Assembly (NCBI GenBank): GCA_946965045.2
Contig: OX337237.1
Coordinates: 868,001-932,000, forward strand
Length of the DNA: 64,000 nucleotides
From: Epithemia pelagica
Lineage: Eukaryota > Protista > Bacillariophyta
Reading direction: 5' to 3'
Shown: piece by piece, positions 53,207-62,800 of the stretch
How the letters are laid out: every line of letters begins with the position of its first letter
How positions within the stretch are numbered: the first letter of the stretch is position 1
Notes under the pieces: model-generated
Seen by the model: only the letters and a program-made list of their open reading frames with translations
What the model was told of the DNA's origin: nothing
The model's database searches: none
Made by a program: the position numbers and the translations under genes

Positions 53207-56200
53207 CACTCCTTTGGGCCGAGGAGTGATACTTACTACTCGGGACCACATTCATGATGATATCCCGCAGGCGATAAAAAGCTTGACCCTGCAACGGTTT
53301 TGTAAAGAAATCAGCTATCATCTCGTCCGTCGGGCAGAAACGCACACTCACGTCCTTTCGGCGAATACAATCTGTGATACAAAAATAACGTAGATTGATG
53401 TGTTTGGTTCTTTTCGAGCTCGACAACCGACCGTTTCGCTCCAGCAGGATACTGCTTTGATTGTCCTGGTGAAGTACAACGTTCTTCACTTCATGGCCTT
53501 GGGCTCTCAGAAAGTTCTGACTCCATAACATTGACGGTAACACGTCGTGCACGCCAATCAACTCACATTCGGTCGAACTTCGCGCCACAAGTTTTTGTTT
53601 TGACGAGGCAGTCATGACGGCACCCTTGCCCATAGTCATTACTCCGCCGGTCTGTCCTTTCATGTCTGGGTGAGTAGCGAAGGAGGCATCCACCCACCAA
53701 CAGAGTGTTCCAGATCCATCACCCTCTAGGCGTAGGATTAAGTCCTTGGTTGATTGTAGGTACTTGAGAACCCGACCGAGTTTTCTCTGATCGTCAACGT
53801 CTGGATTCATGACACGAGTGCTCAAAAAGGCCACAGCAGTGCGAATATCCGGTCGTCCTCTTTGCGCCATGTAAGCTAACTGCATTGTGACACTGTGGAA
53901 GCGATCCGCTTCCTCCTCATTGAGCGTTCGAGCGTTCAGGTCCGTATGATATAAATGCTTAGCTGCGGGTGACCGTGCTTTACCGATCCATTCTTTTGGT
54001 AGCGAGATCAAAATGGTGTCCAGGTAGGATCTCATATCCACCTGCACAACCCCATCCTCTCCATAGTCTAAGAACATGCCCAAATAGTCGTGCCTTGTCC
54101 CTTCCGACACGGAGATTTCTCCCAACTGTCCGAATTCTGCTTTGAGGTCGTCAATAAATTTGTTCACAACGGCACCATCCACATGCGATATCTTCAGATC
54201 GTCAATGTGCCAAGTTACCGTACATTGTTTGTTGTTGATTGTTTTGTTGGCAACGCATGAATCATAGGGATTGATTTGAAATCCCCAGCTTTTGAGCACC
54301 GCGGTCAATTTTTCCCAGAAGAGACGAGCTGCACGCAACGTCCCGTAAAGGGCCTTCAACATTTCCACATATATAACCGGCTCGCCCTTCTCGTATGTCA
54401 GATAAGGGGCATATGCTTCATAATCGACTTCTAGGAGTAGCTCGGCCATTAGACCAGTAAGCCGCATGTACACTCCAGGATCCATATCCGAGTGCATAAA
54501 CGCATCTGGGATATCTGCCACAGCGACCACACGTCGTTCCAAGGCATCAATGACGGCAGTGATGAATACAGAGTCGGTGGCCACGGTAGGAGAAGCTGAA
54601 TCTTCCTTCTCTATGTACGCACGTTGTTTGCGTCCGTCGGCACAGCCTCTTCCTTTTATCTTGCCACACCTTTTTCGTTTCAAAAACATTAGGTACCCCA
54701 GAGCTTGTTGTACCTCATTCCAACTGAGGTCAGTTTTGTGTACTGCCCTCAGTACTCCTCGATCATGCAATTGTTGGATTTCTACCTTCACGGCGGCCAC
54801 TCCCTTATTCCCAAACAGTTTGATGCCTTTCTTCATAGGCATCTGCGGTGTGGCTTGATTCACCTCAGTGGCCACAAGAAACAACACTCCATCTCGAAGG
54901 ATTCCATCATAGCGCCCGCCTTTTAGGTTATCGATGCAAGCAAACGAGTGCCCGTATCTGTGCGCGTAGCTCCTTTCACGATTCGGCCGTAGATTGTATC
55001 TGTGTGGTTCTTGTTGTTGTTGTTGTTGTTGTTGATGTACCGGATCGTTAGCGTCAGTGTCCTGTCCCTCATCCACATTCCTTCCACCGGCTAGCTCCCC
55101 CCCATTCTCCTCTACATCCTCCTCCACATCCATCACTGCCTCCTCCGGGACTGCGCCTCCACCAACATCATCTTCTGGGATAGGATGGTTTGGCAGTTCT
55201 CCATCTGCCTCCACTCCTTCAATTTCAGGACCGTTCATGTCGTCAAGTTCTGCGGCTACTGGGTCACCCACTCCTTGAATTTCCATGTGTTGGTCATCGG
55301 GAGCAATCATCGGGTTGATTGCAGGTTCGCCGTTGACATCTGCTTCCGGATCAACATAGTCGGGATTGTTGACGTCATCCCCCAACTCATCTTCGATCAT
55401 CTCTTCATCATAGCGTAGCTCGATGTCCTCCTCTTCTTCATTGGTGTAGGATTCATCGTCTTCTTCGTTATAAATGTCGTTGTCTTGATCCATCCACAAA
55501 ATCCGATTATCTCTATTACCGAAGGCTAATCCTGGTTGCATATTCTGGGCTCTAGCCAATTGGTGCACACGTTGGATCACTTCTTGGGGCATCGGTAGGA
55601 CTGTGGTGTGATTCCGTGTTATGACTCGGCCGCTGACAAGACTCAAAAAATAATAACTACCCTGACGATTCCCAGTAGGCCTCAATGCTAGAGCACCTAT
55701 GGTCCTGGGCGCCATCGTGTTGTCATGTTCTTCATGACATTGGACGTACTGTCCAAATTTGAAACGACAATGCTTGTTGAAGTCCACTTGTTCTCCCGTG
55801 ACGAGCAGTCGGGGGCTTTCTGATTGTGAAATCCCCAACCGATGAGGGAAACTATTCAGCCAGAAAGTAGCGAATTTGGCCATCTCAATTATCATGACCT
55901 TCGGGATTTCTTTGAATGGTAGTGTGTTATAAACACATCTCATCCTTTCTTTTACTGTACGTATGTACCTTTCAATATCTCCCACATGTTCATCTCTTGC
56001 GGTAGGATTTAACAATACACCGATCAATTGCAGCTCGGTCTTCATCTTGTCGGAACAGAAGGCTCCGTCGGCAAGTAACATCCGCGGGCGCAAACCACCT
56101 CTGCGGTAGATCGCAACCACTTTGCGCAACGAGTTCATGACATCATCATCATTGGTATTGGCCATTGCTTCCATGGTCCCAAAATGCAGCTTCCTTGACG

Positions 56201-56588
56201 TCGTTGCTAGGAAAGGAATGTTGTTCACGTGGAGAACATCAACAGTGAGGGTCACATCCTTGTGTTCTTCTTTGATCCGTGGTGGTACGGTGTATGATGA
56301 GTCAACCACAGGCGCTTTATGACGAGTCGTCTTCCCTTTGAGACTACCAAGGTCTGGTCCATATATTTTCTCGGCCCTCTTGATGTCTTCCACAGTGATC
56401 GTTGTGTTAGGTAACAGGTTGTTTCGTATGATGTGTACGAAATCACGAGTGGATGGACGACCTATCTTGGCCATTAATGATCTTGCCAGTTTAGCCCTAT
56501 AGACTTCGTCTTGAGAATAAGCAGATTCATTATCATTAACCGTAGTGATGAAACTACTCTGCATTCTCGACGTATCCATATAGAACAA
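53019..56588 (-). CDS. Pol (integrase, RT, RNase H)
   Basis: IN TVDVLHVN/ADGAF/HVGDIER; RT KIKGRGCADG, ALYGTLRAARLFW, WHIDDL; RH WVDASFA, SSTECEL, QDNQS, ADFFTKPL. Confidence 0.95.
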   Translation of the reverse strand: MFYMDTSRMQSSFITTVNDNESAYSQDEVYRAKLARSLMAKIGRPSTRDFVHIIRNNLLPNTTITVEDIKRAEKIYGPDLGSLKGKTTRHKAPVVDSSYTVPPRIKEEHKDVTLTVDVLHVNNIPFLATTSRKLHFGTMEAMANTNDDDVMNSLRKVVAIYRRGGLRPRMLLADGAFCSDKMKTELQLIGVLLNPTARDEHVGDIERYIRTVKERMRCVYNTLPFKEIPKVMIIEMAKFATFWLNSFPHRLGISQSESPRLLVTGEQVDFNKHCRFKFGQYVQCHEEHDNTMAPRTIGALALRPTGNRQGSYYFLSLVSGRVITRNHTTVLPMPQEVIQRVHQLARAQNMQPGLAFGNRDNRILWMDQDNDIYNEEDDESYTNEEEEDIELRYDEEMIEDELGDDVNNPDYVDPEADVNGEPAINPMIAPDDQHMEIQGVGDPVAAELDDMNGPEIEGVEADGELPNHPIPEDDVGGGAVPEEAVMDVEEDVEENGGELAGGRNVDEGQDTDANDPVHQQQQQQQQEPHRYNLRPNRERSYAHRYGHSFACIDNLKGGRYDGILRDGVLFLVATEVNQATPQMPMKKGIKLFGNKGVAAVKVEIQQLHDRGVLRAVHKTDLSWNEVQQALGYLMFLKRKRCGKIKGRGCADGRKQRAYIEKEDSASPTVATDSVFITAVIDALERRVVAVADIPDAFMHSDMDPGVYMRLTGLMAELLLEVDYEAYAPYLTYEKGEPVIYVEMLKALYGTLRAARLFWEKLTAVLKSWGFQINPYDSCVANKTINNKQCTVTWHIDDLKISHVDGAVVNKFIDDLKAEFGQLGEISVSEGTRHDYLGMFLDYGEDGVVQVDMRSYLDTILISLPKEWIGKARSPAAKHLYHTDLNARTLNEEEADRFHSVTMQLAYMAQRGRPDIRTAVAFLSTRVMNPDVDDQRKLGRVLKYLQSTKDLILRLEGDGSGTLCWWVDASFATHPDMKGQTGGVMTMGKGAVMTASSKQKLVARSSTECELIGVHDVLPSMLWSQNFLRAQGHEVKNVVLHQDNQSSILLERNGRLSSSKRTKHINLRYFCITDCIRRKDVSVRFCPTDEMIADFFTKPLQGQAFYRLRDIIMNVVPSSKYHSSAQRSVLRICDQATSSSEQGATKESDSEAKDLSLNDEDAEAWTLVRRRGKSNNRQEEQARVHSKEIT

Positions 56589-58201
56589 ACCGTCTTGACT
56601 TGGTGTCGCCCTGAAGATTGGTCGTAGAGATTGAACGTGTTGCCGTTATCGCTGTCATACTTGATTGTGAACCTTGTGCGTGCGTTGTTGAGTGATATGA
56701 TGTTGGCCGGCCCTTCCGGGTCATGCCAGACGATGCCATATCCGGGGAGTAGGCCTTGTTTGGAGATCTGACGCCGCCCAGCGTGACTTTGGATCATGAT
56801 TGGTCGCTCGGCTGTGTGAATATTCTTGAGGAGGTTGGGTTCTTGGATAATGTCTACTTTCGATTGGTTGTCGAGGAGTAGCCATTCGGGGGATATGCTA
56901 GCCTGTGAAGAAGAAGCAGAAAACGAATATTGGAGTGAGTCACGATGTGCATCCTGGAGGCCCGTTGATTCATTGATCTCATTCCATTCACCATTATTGT
57001 TGGTTTGTGTTTGATTTGATTCATGGCCTCGTGATTGGCCGCTGCCCGTGCTCGCTTGTTCTCTTCCTCGGCCATTGTTGCCATTACCATTTCGACTCTG
57101 GGCTTGGCGCAAATTTGTTGTCATGTGGCTGTTACCGGTCAATGTGGACGCCGCTTGGCTTTCGTTGCTGTTGTCCAACTCTTGTGTATGATATGCCATA
57201 CCAGTAGCATTCTCAGTCGGGGTCTGCTGATTTTGATTCGGTTGCTTCTGTTTACCTGTCATGCAGTTATCAAGAATTGCCCTTGCATCCGCCAGAGTGG
57301 CAGGATACACATCTTTGTGGCCGTCCAAAAACATGTTTTGCAAATGGGCCTCATACTCGCGATGGCCACATGTTCGGATGAATCGGATTGCCACACATCT
57401 CTCTTGTGCTTCTTCACGATCGATGGATGATGGAGGGTCCCTTCCGTTTTTCTTGGCTATCATCTCCACGAGATCTTTATCATACAACACCACACCGACC
57501 TCATTGAGAACTTTCACTTTTGCCCTAAACACTTCATAATAGCTGTGTAGGGTTTGATTGTTTCTGCGTTTCAAACCATAAAACTCTTCTTTCAACTTGT
57601 CACGACCGACCAGCTTGTAGATTCGGCCGGAATCAAACGTGAAGGTTGTTTGTTTGATCAACTTGAGTAGAGCTACACCGTCCCTTTCATCGTTGATCGC
57701 TTCATATTCTGGTTTGGCATGCAACTTGTCCTTCATGAGGGGCGTACATTGCCCGAGAATGACACTGAACAAGGAAGCGCGAAAGTTGCGATAGGCCTTC
57801 ACTTGATCCTTTCTTGCCTTGTACTCCATTTTCCATTCTTCCATCTGAATGGGGTCCGTGGGATCATCTGGAACCTTTGCTTTCTCTGGATCTTTAAGTT
57901 CCAATTTCTCCAGCGCCTTTTGATACTCTAGGTTGTAGTAGTCGAATGATGTCCCCACGTAGCCCACTAACAACTCAACGTTGCGTAGGTAACGCTTCGA
58001 CTGGGGATCTTCACTATAATCAAACAAGCAATCTTTCAGCGATGGTTCTTGGCCCTGAAAGCGAGTGTTTGATTGTTGGCCTTGGTTTTTGCCACGACCT
58101 CCTCGTCCTCTGCCTCCATTGGATCGACCGCCCGTTTGATTACCTCGTCCGCTGCTTGATTCTGCTCCATCCGGCCGAGGGCCGTTCCCACCAGTCGACA
58201 T
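56474..58201 (-). CDS. Gag plus protease; -1 frame relative to pol near 56590-56645
   Basis: RGG-rich N-terminus, gag helices (LFSVILGQCT..MKDKL), protease WLLLDNQS. The pol-like GLFYMD continues in another frame. Confidence 0.9.
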   Translation of the reverse strand: MSTGGNGPRPDGAESSSGRGNQTGGRSNGGRGRGGRGKNQGQQSNTRFQGQEPSLKDCLFDYSEDPQSKRYLRNVELLVGYVGTSFDYYNLEYQKALEKLELKDPEKAKVPDDPTDPIQMEEWKMEYKARKDQVKAYRNFRASLFSVILGQCTPLMKDKLHAKPEYEAINDERDGVALLKLIKQTTFTFDSGRIYKLVGRDKLKEEFYGLKRRNNQTLHSYYEVFRAKVKVLNEVGVVLYDKDLVEMIAKKNGRDPPSSIDREEAQERCVAIRFIRTCGHREYEAHLQNMFLDGHKDVYPATLADARAILDNCMTGKQKQPNQNQQTPTENATGMAYHTQELDNSNESQAASTLTGNSHMTTNLRQAQSRNGNGNNGRGREQASTGSGQSRGHESNQTQTNNNGEWNEINESTGLQDAHRDSLQYSFSASSSQASISPEWLLLDNQSKVDIIQEPNLLKNIHTAERPIMIQSHAGRRQISKQGLLPGYGIVWHDPEGPANIISLNNARTRFTIKYDSDNGNTFNLYDQSSGRHQVKTVCSIWIRRECRVVSSLRLMIMNLLILKTKSIGLNWQDH

Positions 58202-58202
58202 C

Positions 58203-58874
58203 TTATTCGATTACAGCTAGGCTGTCTCGGTGTCGACGATGTTCTTCGTGTTTCCCGGTAGATGGATTCCAAATGCGTAGGAAGTGGTAGAAACTACCGT
58301 GTCGTGATATGACTCCTTCAAGATAGGTGGTGGAGGTTTGATTCTTCAACTTGAGGGGATTGAGTACCCACACTCTAGTTCCAATTGGGATCCACCTTAT
58401 GGGGCTGTTTCTTTGCGATGCGATTGAAGGAGGCTGTGGGACTTGCACTGGATGACTTGTTTGAGATTGAGGCGTACTGTTTTGGGATCTTGGTCCAGCT
58501 GTCTGTTTTACCTCTGGTTCGGGCGTCGCCTGTCTTGATGGTTGCGGTGGATCCGGTGTAGTTGACCAGGGTTCTGGGACAGGTGTCTTGTCCTCGTCAA
58601 GGAATTGGATTTCTCTCAACAAGCTGTCACGTTTTGCCTGAGCTTTTTCAAACACAAGTTGCTTCCGAATCTCACACTCGTCGTATGCGTTGTCACGATC
58701 CGTTTCTCGTTGACGCTCAAGAGCCGCCACCGTTTGACGGTGTTGAGCTTCTCTTCTTCGGTATTCTTGTTGAAAGCGCTCTTCAATTGAGTGTACTTCT
58801 TCTTGTTCCTCGAGAGTCAGCTGAGCCAATTGAGCCAATATATCTTGCCAACGCGCTTCAAGTCTCTCGCTCAT
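58203..58874 (-). CDS. Extra upstream ORF0 (223 aa): coiled coil, Pro-rich linker and small beta-rich C-terminal domain
   Basis: Intact ATG ORF whose stop is one base from the gag ATG (TAAgATG). Confidence 0.7.
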   Translation of the reverse strand: MSERLEARWQDILAQLAQLTLEEQEEVHSIEERFQQEYRRREAQHRQTVAALERQRETDRDNAYDECEIRKQLVFEKAQAKRDSLLREIQFLDEDKTPVPEPWSTTPDPPQPSRQATPEPEVKQTAGPRSQNSTPQSQTSHPVQVPQPPSIASQRNSPIRWIPIGTRVWVLNPLKLKNQTSTTYLEGVISRHGSFYHFLRIWNPSTGKHEEHRRHRDSLAVIE

Positions 58875-58921
58875 ATACCGTAGTTCCCTTCACAGTCTGT
58901 GATGCGATATAATGCTTTAAT

Positions 58922-58935
58922 TTCTAAGGAGATTA
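58922..58935 (-). promoter_or_regulatory. PBS position TAATCTCCTTAGAA, perfectly complementary to LTR bases 59009-58996
   Basis: 14-bp perfect inverted repeat read directly from the sequence; no TGG and no tRNA-loop register. Confidence 0.75.
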
Positions 58936-59178
58936 TGTTGAAACTCAAACAAGCCGTGCCGTAAAAGCAACTCTTTATAGGCTTATCGAACTACGTAATC
59001 TCCTTAGAATGAACTCTTGCTTGTTCCTCTTGCCTATTGTTGCTTTTGCCACGTCGACGGACCAAAGTCCATGCTTCGGCATCTTCGTCATTCAAGTTTA
59101 GATCCTTTGCTTCCGAATCACTCTCTTTAGTCGCGCCTTGTTCGCTGCTGCTCGTCGCCTGGTCACATATCCTCAACA
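58936..59178 (-). repeat. 5' LTR
   Basis: TGTTGAGG...TTTCAACA on the minus strand. Confidence 0.97.
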
Positions 59179-59555
59179 GAATCACTGAGAAATGTGCGCA
59201 TCACCGTCCGCAAGTACCGCACGGCGCGGAGCACGTATACGAAAAGCTTTTATGCGACTAAAATTACAGAAACACGTCCAGAGGAGCTAGTACTACTTTG
59301 TTATAAGAGTACAATTAAAAAAATTTTACTATACATTAAATTGTACGGACGAGGATACGAGCTGGTTCACGTTGCGGAGTGCATGAGTATATTAGTGTAC
59401 AAGACTGTACCCGAAAAAAACCAGTACACAAAACTCCACAGTGGATAATCCGCAGCAACCATGACAATGGGATGGATCGATGTTTGGACAAATACGATGC
59501 CATTCCTGGCTACAAACACAACAAGTACTATTGCTAATCGACTAAGTAGGTTCTA

Positions 59556-60065
59556 TTACGCATCTGCTGTAAAGAACAGGCTCTGGGTAGGGTATTTTGT
59601 CGTCATGTAGGCAAGAGCAGTCTTGAGCTCTTCCATGTGGAAGAGGCTCATGTAGAGGGTGACGACCATTGGGTCCATGCTGCTCTTCGTATCGATCGTG
59701 CACCGTGTGTAGAATTGAATGCGGCCCTTCTTCTTGCTGGAGTCCGTGGGTGAGAGAACTTCCTTCATCACTGTCTTGACAATGAACCCAACTGGCAGCA
59801 CAAGCAGCGGGTCGGCAAACTCGGACCGCGCTTCCCTCTTGTAAAATGCCAACCGAAGATAGTCTGTGCTTGTCTCCCGTTGGAGGAGAACATGCCCACG
59901 GTCGACAACATTCCGTCCATTTTGTTCTGCGCCGTTGTCGACAATGTCTCCAACGAGAACATTGACCCTGTCCGCGTAAAAGCTCGTCCGAAAGTTACAT
60001 CGACTTCGATCGTCTTCAGAGCCAAACTTGTCCTTGTTGAAAAAGAACTCGACCTCGTCCTCCAT
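59556..60065 (-). CDS. Unknown 169-aa protein
   Basis: ATG ORF with globular, beta-rich-looking composition; no family recognised. Confidence 0.5.
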   Translation of the reverse strand: MEDEVEFFFNKDKFGSEDDRSRCNFRTSFYADRVNVLVGDIVDNGAEQNGRNVVDRGHVLLQRETSTDYLRLAFYKREARSEFADPLLVLPVGFIVKTVMKEVLSPTDSSKKKGRIQFYTRCTIDTKSSMDPMVVTLYMSLFHMEELKTALAYMTTKYPTQSLFFTADA

Positions 60066-60374
60066 GCCGTTGTTGATTGTTGGTGTTGGTAGCATCGTAC
60101 TCCGAACTCCGCACGTTAGGTTGATTGTTCGATCGATTCAAAGCAGTGGGTTGTTTCGTGTTTGCATGTTTCGTTTCCGGATGCATCCAAAATGTGGGAG
60201 CCACACGGGTTGGTCGGATCTTTACGCGCACCTCTTTCCGTTCAGCTATCCGTTGATCTAAGTAGGTTGTTTGAGTTTGGTCTTGAGATCGCGAGCAGGT
60301 ACATTCCACATCCCATTACAAGACACAGCACGATGCTCTCAGTTGTGTGTTCGTCTCACAAAAAACAAAACAAG

Positions 60375-61300
60375 ATGAGCAACAACAGCCATCGTCGCTA
60401 CCCAAGTCGCACCCGCACCAAAACACCAAGCTTCCTGGATGACATCCAGGAAGATACTGTTCCTCCACCAGGGAAGACGCCAGGGAAGACACCAGCGAAG
60501 ACACCAGCGAAGACACCGAGCAAGAAGCTCCCTCCGAAGAAGAGCTCCACGAAGAAGAACGCAAACAAGAAGCGTCGAACAAAGAAGACGAGTCCGGAGC
60601 TCCCCCCACCCCAGTCTCCAGATTTCGTCATTTCCAAGGTGGTTGAAGGGGAGACTCCAAGAGGAGCAAACGAGGACATAGTGGTATTGATGCCGGTGGC
60701 CATCGACGACAAGGCGCAGAGGCTCAAGGATGCATTGAACAAAGCAACGCAGTGGCATCTCATCCTTGGTGATGAGAATGGAGCCACGACCCTGGTGCTT
60801 GGTCGAAACCACCATCATCATTCGGGCAAAGTCTCGATTGCCGAGATTGTGGAAACGCTTAAGCAGTCTGAGCGTAGCCACAAGCCCAGAAACAATGAAA
60901 CAATCAACGAAAATGGTAAGTTGATTGTGCCTTTGTAATTGATTGGAACGATCGTAGTACTCACCTCATTTTGTTTTCAGGACAAGAGGATGGAATGCTG
61001 ATGGAGACTCGCACTCCATTGAAGAAGGAGGAGTCCATTGGTGAGGCGGAGACTGTCATGAAATCCAATGTGGTGGATTGGCAGTACTTGACGCCTGGTG
61101 AGAAGCACGCCCAAAAGAGACGTGAGGCCGAGAGGGCTGTGCATTTCATGGCTGACAGTTGTGCAAGCCCGAGTCTCTTTCGTGAGGCTGCTTCAACGAC
61201 GTCGGATGATGACGCCACGTATGACTCTCACGTTGATGATGGATTTGAAGATACGCAGGAGGAAAATATGTTTAGTCAGGAGGACTACTACAAGTATTAG
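60375..61300 (+). CDS. Unknown basic/disordered protein, two exons (intron 60916-60980)
   Basis: GTAAGT...TTTTCAG 65-bp intron joins ORFs 60162-60938 and 60971-61300 in frame (NENG/QEDG); TPGK/TPAK repeats. Confidence 0.65.
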
Positions 61301-61364
61301 TTACGTAAAATAAACCATTCTAAATACTGAATAATTGTTGTCCTTTACTTTCATCATCGTGGCC

Positions 61365-62450
61365 TTAGTCGCTTTCTTCTTCTTCATCGTCATCTTCGTC
61401 TTCGTCGTGCGAATCCTGATCTTTCTCGTTGTTGTTGCCTTTGTCATCTTCCTCGTCATCCGAATCCGAATCTGAATCCTCATCTTCATCTCCTTCATCA
61501 TCCGACTTCTCGGATTCCTCGTCGTCGTTGCCATCTGAAGATTCATCTTGCTCATCCTGGCTGCCAGTCCTCATGCCCGACGCCAGATTGTAGCACCAGA
61601 ACAACTCTTGATTTTTTTTAATGTTGCGTTTGGCTGTAGCCTTGAGCTTTCCATCGACCTGGACGTTGTAGCATTTGTCGTCCGGGTCAACAGGTTGGTT
61701 GTCGTGATACTTGGCATAGTTTGGATCGTTTGCAAAGTGCAAACCCATCCAAAGGTCTGCCGCGGATGGATCAACCAAGACAGAAGGCCTTGTACGCAGT
61801 CGGACAGCGTAAGCAGAAGGCGGACGAGACTTGTCAAGGACCTTACCACCATAGAATCCCAGCATTTCGCCTTTTTTGTAGGGCTTTGCTGCAAAAAGCC
61901 CGAGACGAGCGTTGTCCAAGGTTGATCGCTTGATGACAAACAAGTCTTCGTCGACGTACCGAACAATGCACTCGGACTTTTGTGAATTGTCGTTTAGGTC
62001 CACCATCATTGTCCCTTCGACAAGTAGATTGTTCTTGTGTTTCTTGTTGATTCCCGACCCTTTCTTATTGTTGTATTTACTTGGAGCATAGTGTTTGATT
62101 GCTGTGCCAACAGGTTTGCCCTTGGAGCCGTGGGCTTTCCGGACCTGTGCACCTTCGATGCTCACGATGCCCTTGATGTGGGAGGAAATGAACCGATATA
62201 ATTCGGTTCTTTCCTCCAAAGTACCTGATCCATACAGGCCTTCAAGCTTGGCCATGAGATTCTCCGCCTTCACTGCCCGTGGCGTTCTCGTTGTTGCAAT
62301 CTTCTTCCTCGCTCGTTGTTTCTGATTGAGCTCATCCATTTTGTATTTTCGATTTTGCTGCATGCGACGAGGCGGCTTTGCTGCTCTTGTTCGTGTTCTT
62401 GCGGAACTCGCCTGTTGCTTTGTAGCGGAACGTGTCTGTCGCTTTCCCAT
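61365..62450 (-). CDS. SET-domain protein (minimal SET, basic N-terminus, acidic tail)
   Basis: STLDNARLGLFAAKPYKKGE..GFYGG, HFANDP, ATAKRNIKKNQELFWCY. Confidence 0.82.
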   Translation of the reverse strand: MGKRQTRSATKQQASSARTRTRAAKPPRRMQQNRKYKMDELNQKQRARKKIATTRTPRAVKAENLMAKLEGLYGSGTLEERTELYRFISSHIKGIVSIEGAQVRKAHGSKGKPVGTAIKHYAPSKYNNKKGSGINKKHKNNLLVEGTMMVDLNDNSQKSECIVRYVDEDLFVIKRSTLDNARLGLFAAKPYKKGEMLGFYGGKVLDKSRPPSAYAVRLRTRPSVLVDPSAADLWMGLHFANDPNYAKYHDNQPVDPDDKCYNVQVDGKLKATAKRNIKKNQELFWCYNLASGMRTGSQDEQDESSDGNDDEESEKSDDEGDEDEDSDSDSDDEEDDKGNNNEKDQDSHDEDEDDDEEEESD

Positions 62451-62800
62451 GGCTGTTGCAGGCTGCTGCACTTTGTCGCTGTCGAAAAATTCTGACTGCT
62501 GCACTTTTATGAACTTGGGCTGCTGCACTTTTTGGAGAAGGCGCAGAAACGCCAACCCCTTTGAGCTTCCGAATGAGAGTGAAAACCGCATTGACAGTCA
62601 TCAGACTGTCGTTTGTACACTGTGGACCAGTCTATTTTTGGTGTCACCAATAAACTTCGCAGCACTTGAGAGGTACAAAAAAGATTCTCTCATAAAATTT
62701 GCTTCTGGAAAAAGTGAAACAGAGTCTCGTGCATGACAAGCCTACAAGTATGAAGATGAAGAGTAGTTCTATGGTACGTAAATGTGTTACAATATGAATT

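Larger units (their letters stand above)
52964..59178 (-). mobile_element. Ty1/copia LTR retrotransposon with 243-bp LTRs
   Basis: LTRs 52964-53206 and 58936-59178 (TG...CA, 2 mismatches seen); TSD GAATC (52959-63 and 59179-83); gag-PR-IN-RT-RH. Confidence 0.97.

Noticed and set aside
58974-58979. TATAAA as the LTR TATA box
   Set aside because: It lies only 38 nt from the LTR end and just after the pol stop in the 3' LTR, which fits a poly(A) signal better; kept as the refuting alternative for self-priming.
59340-59450. Candidate mariner-like TIR starts (TACGAGCTGG, CAGTGG)
   Set aside because: The partner end is outside the window, so none can be validated.
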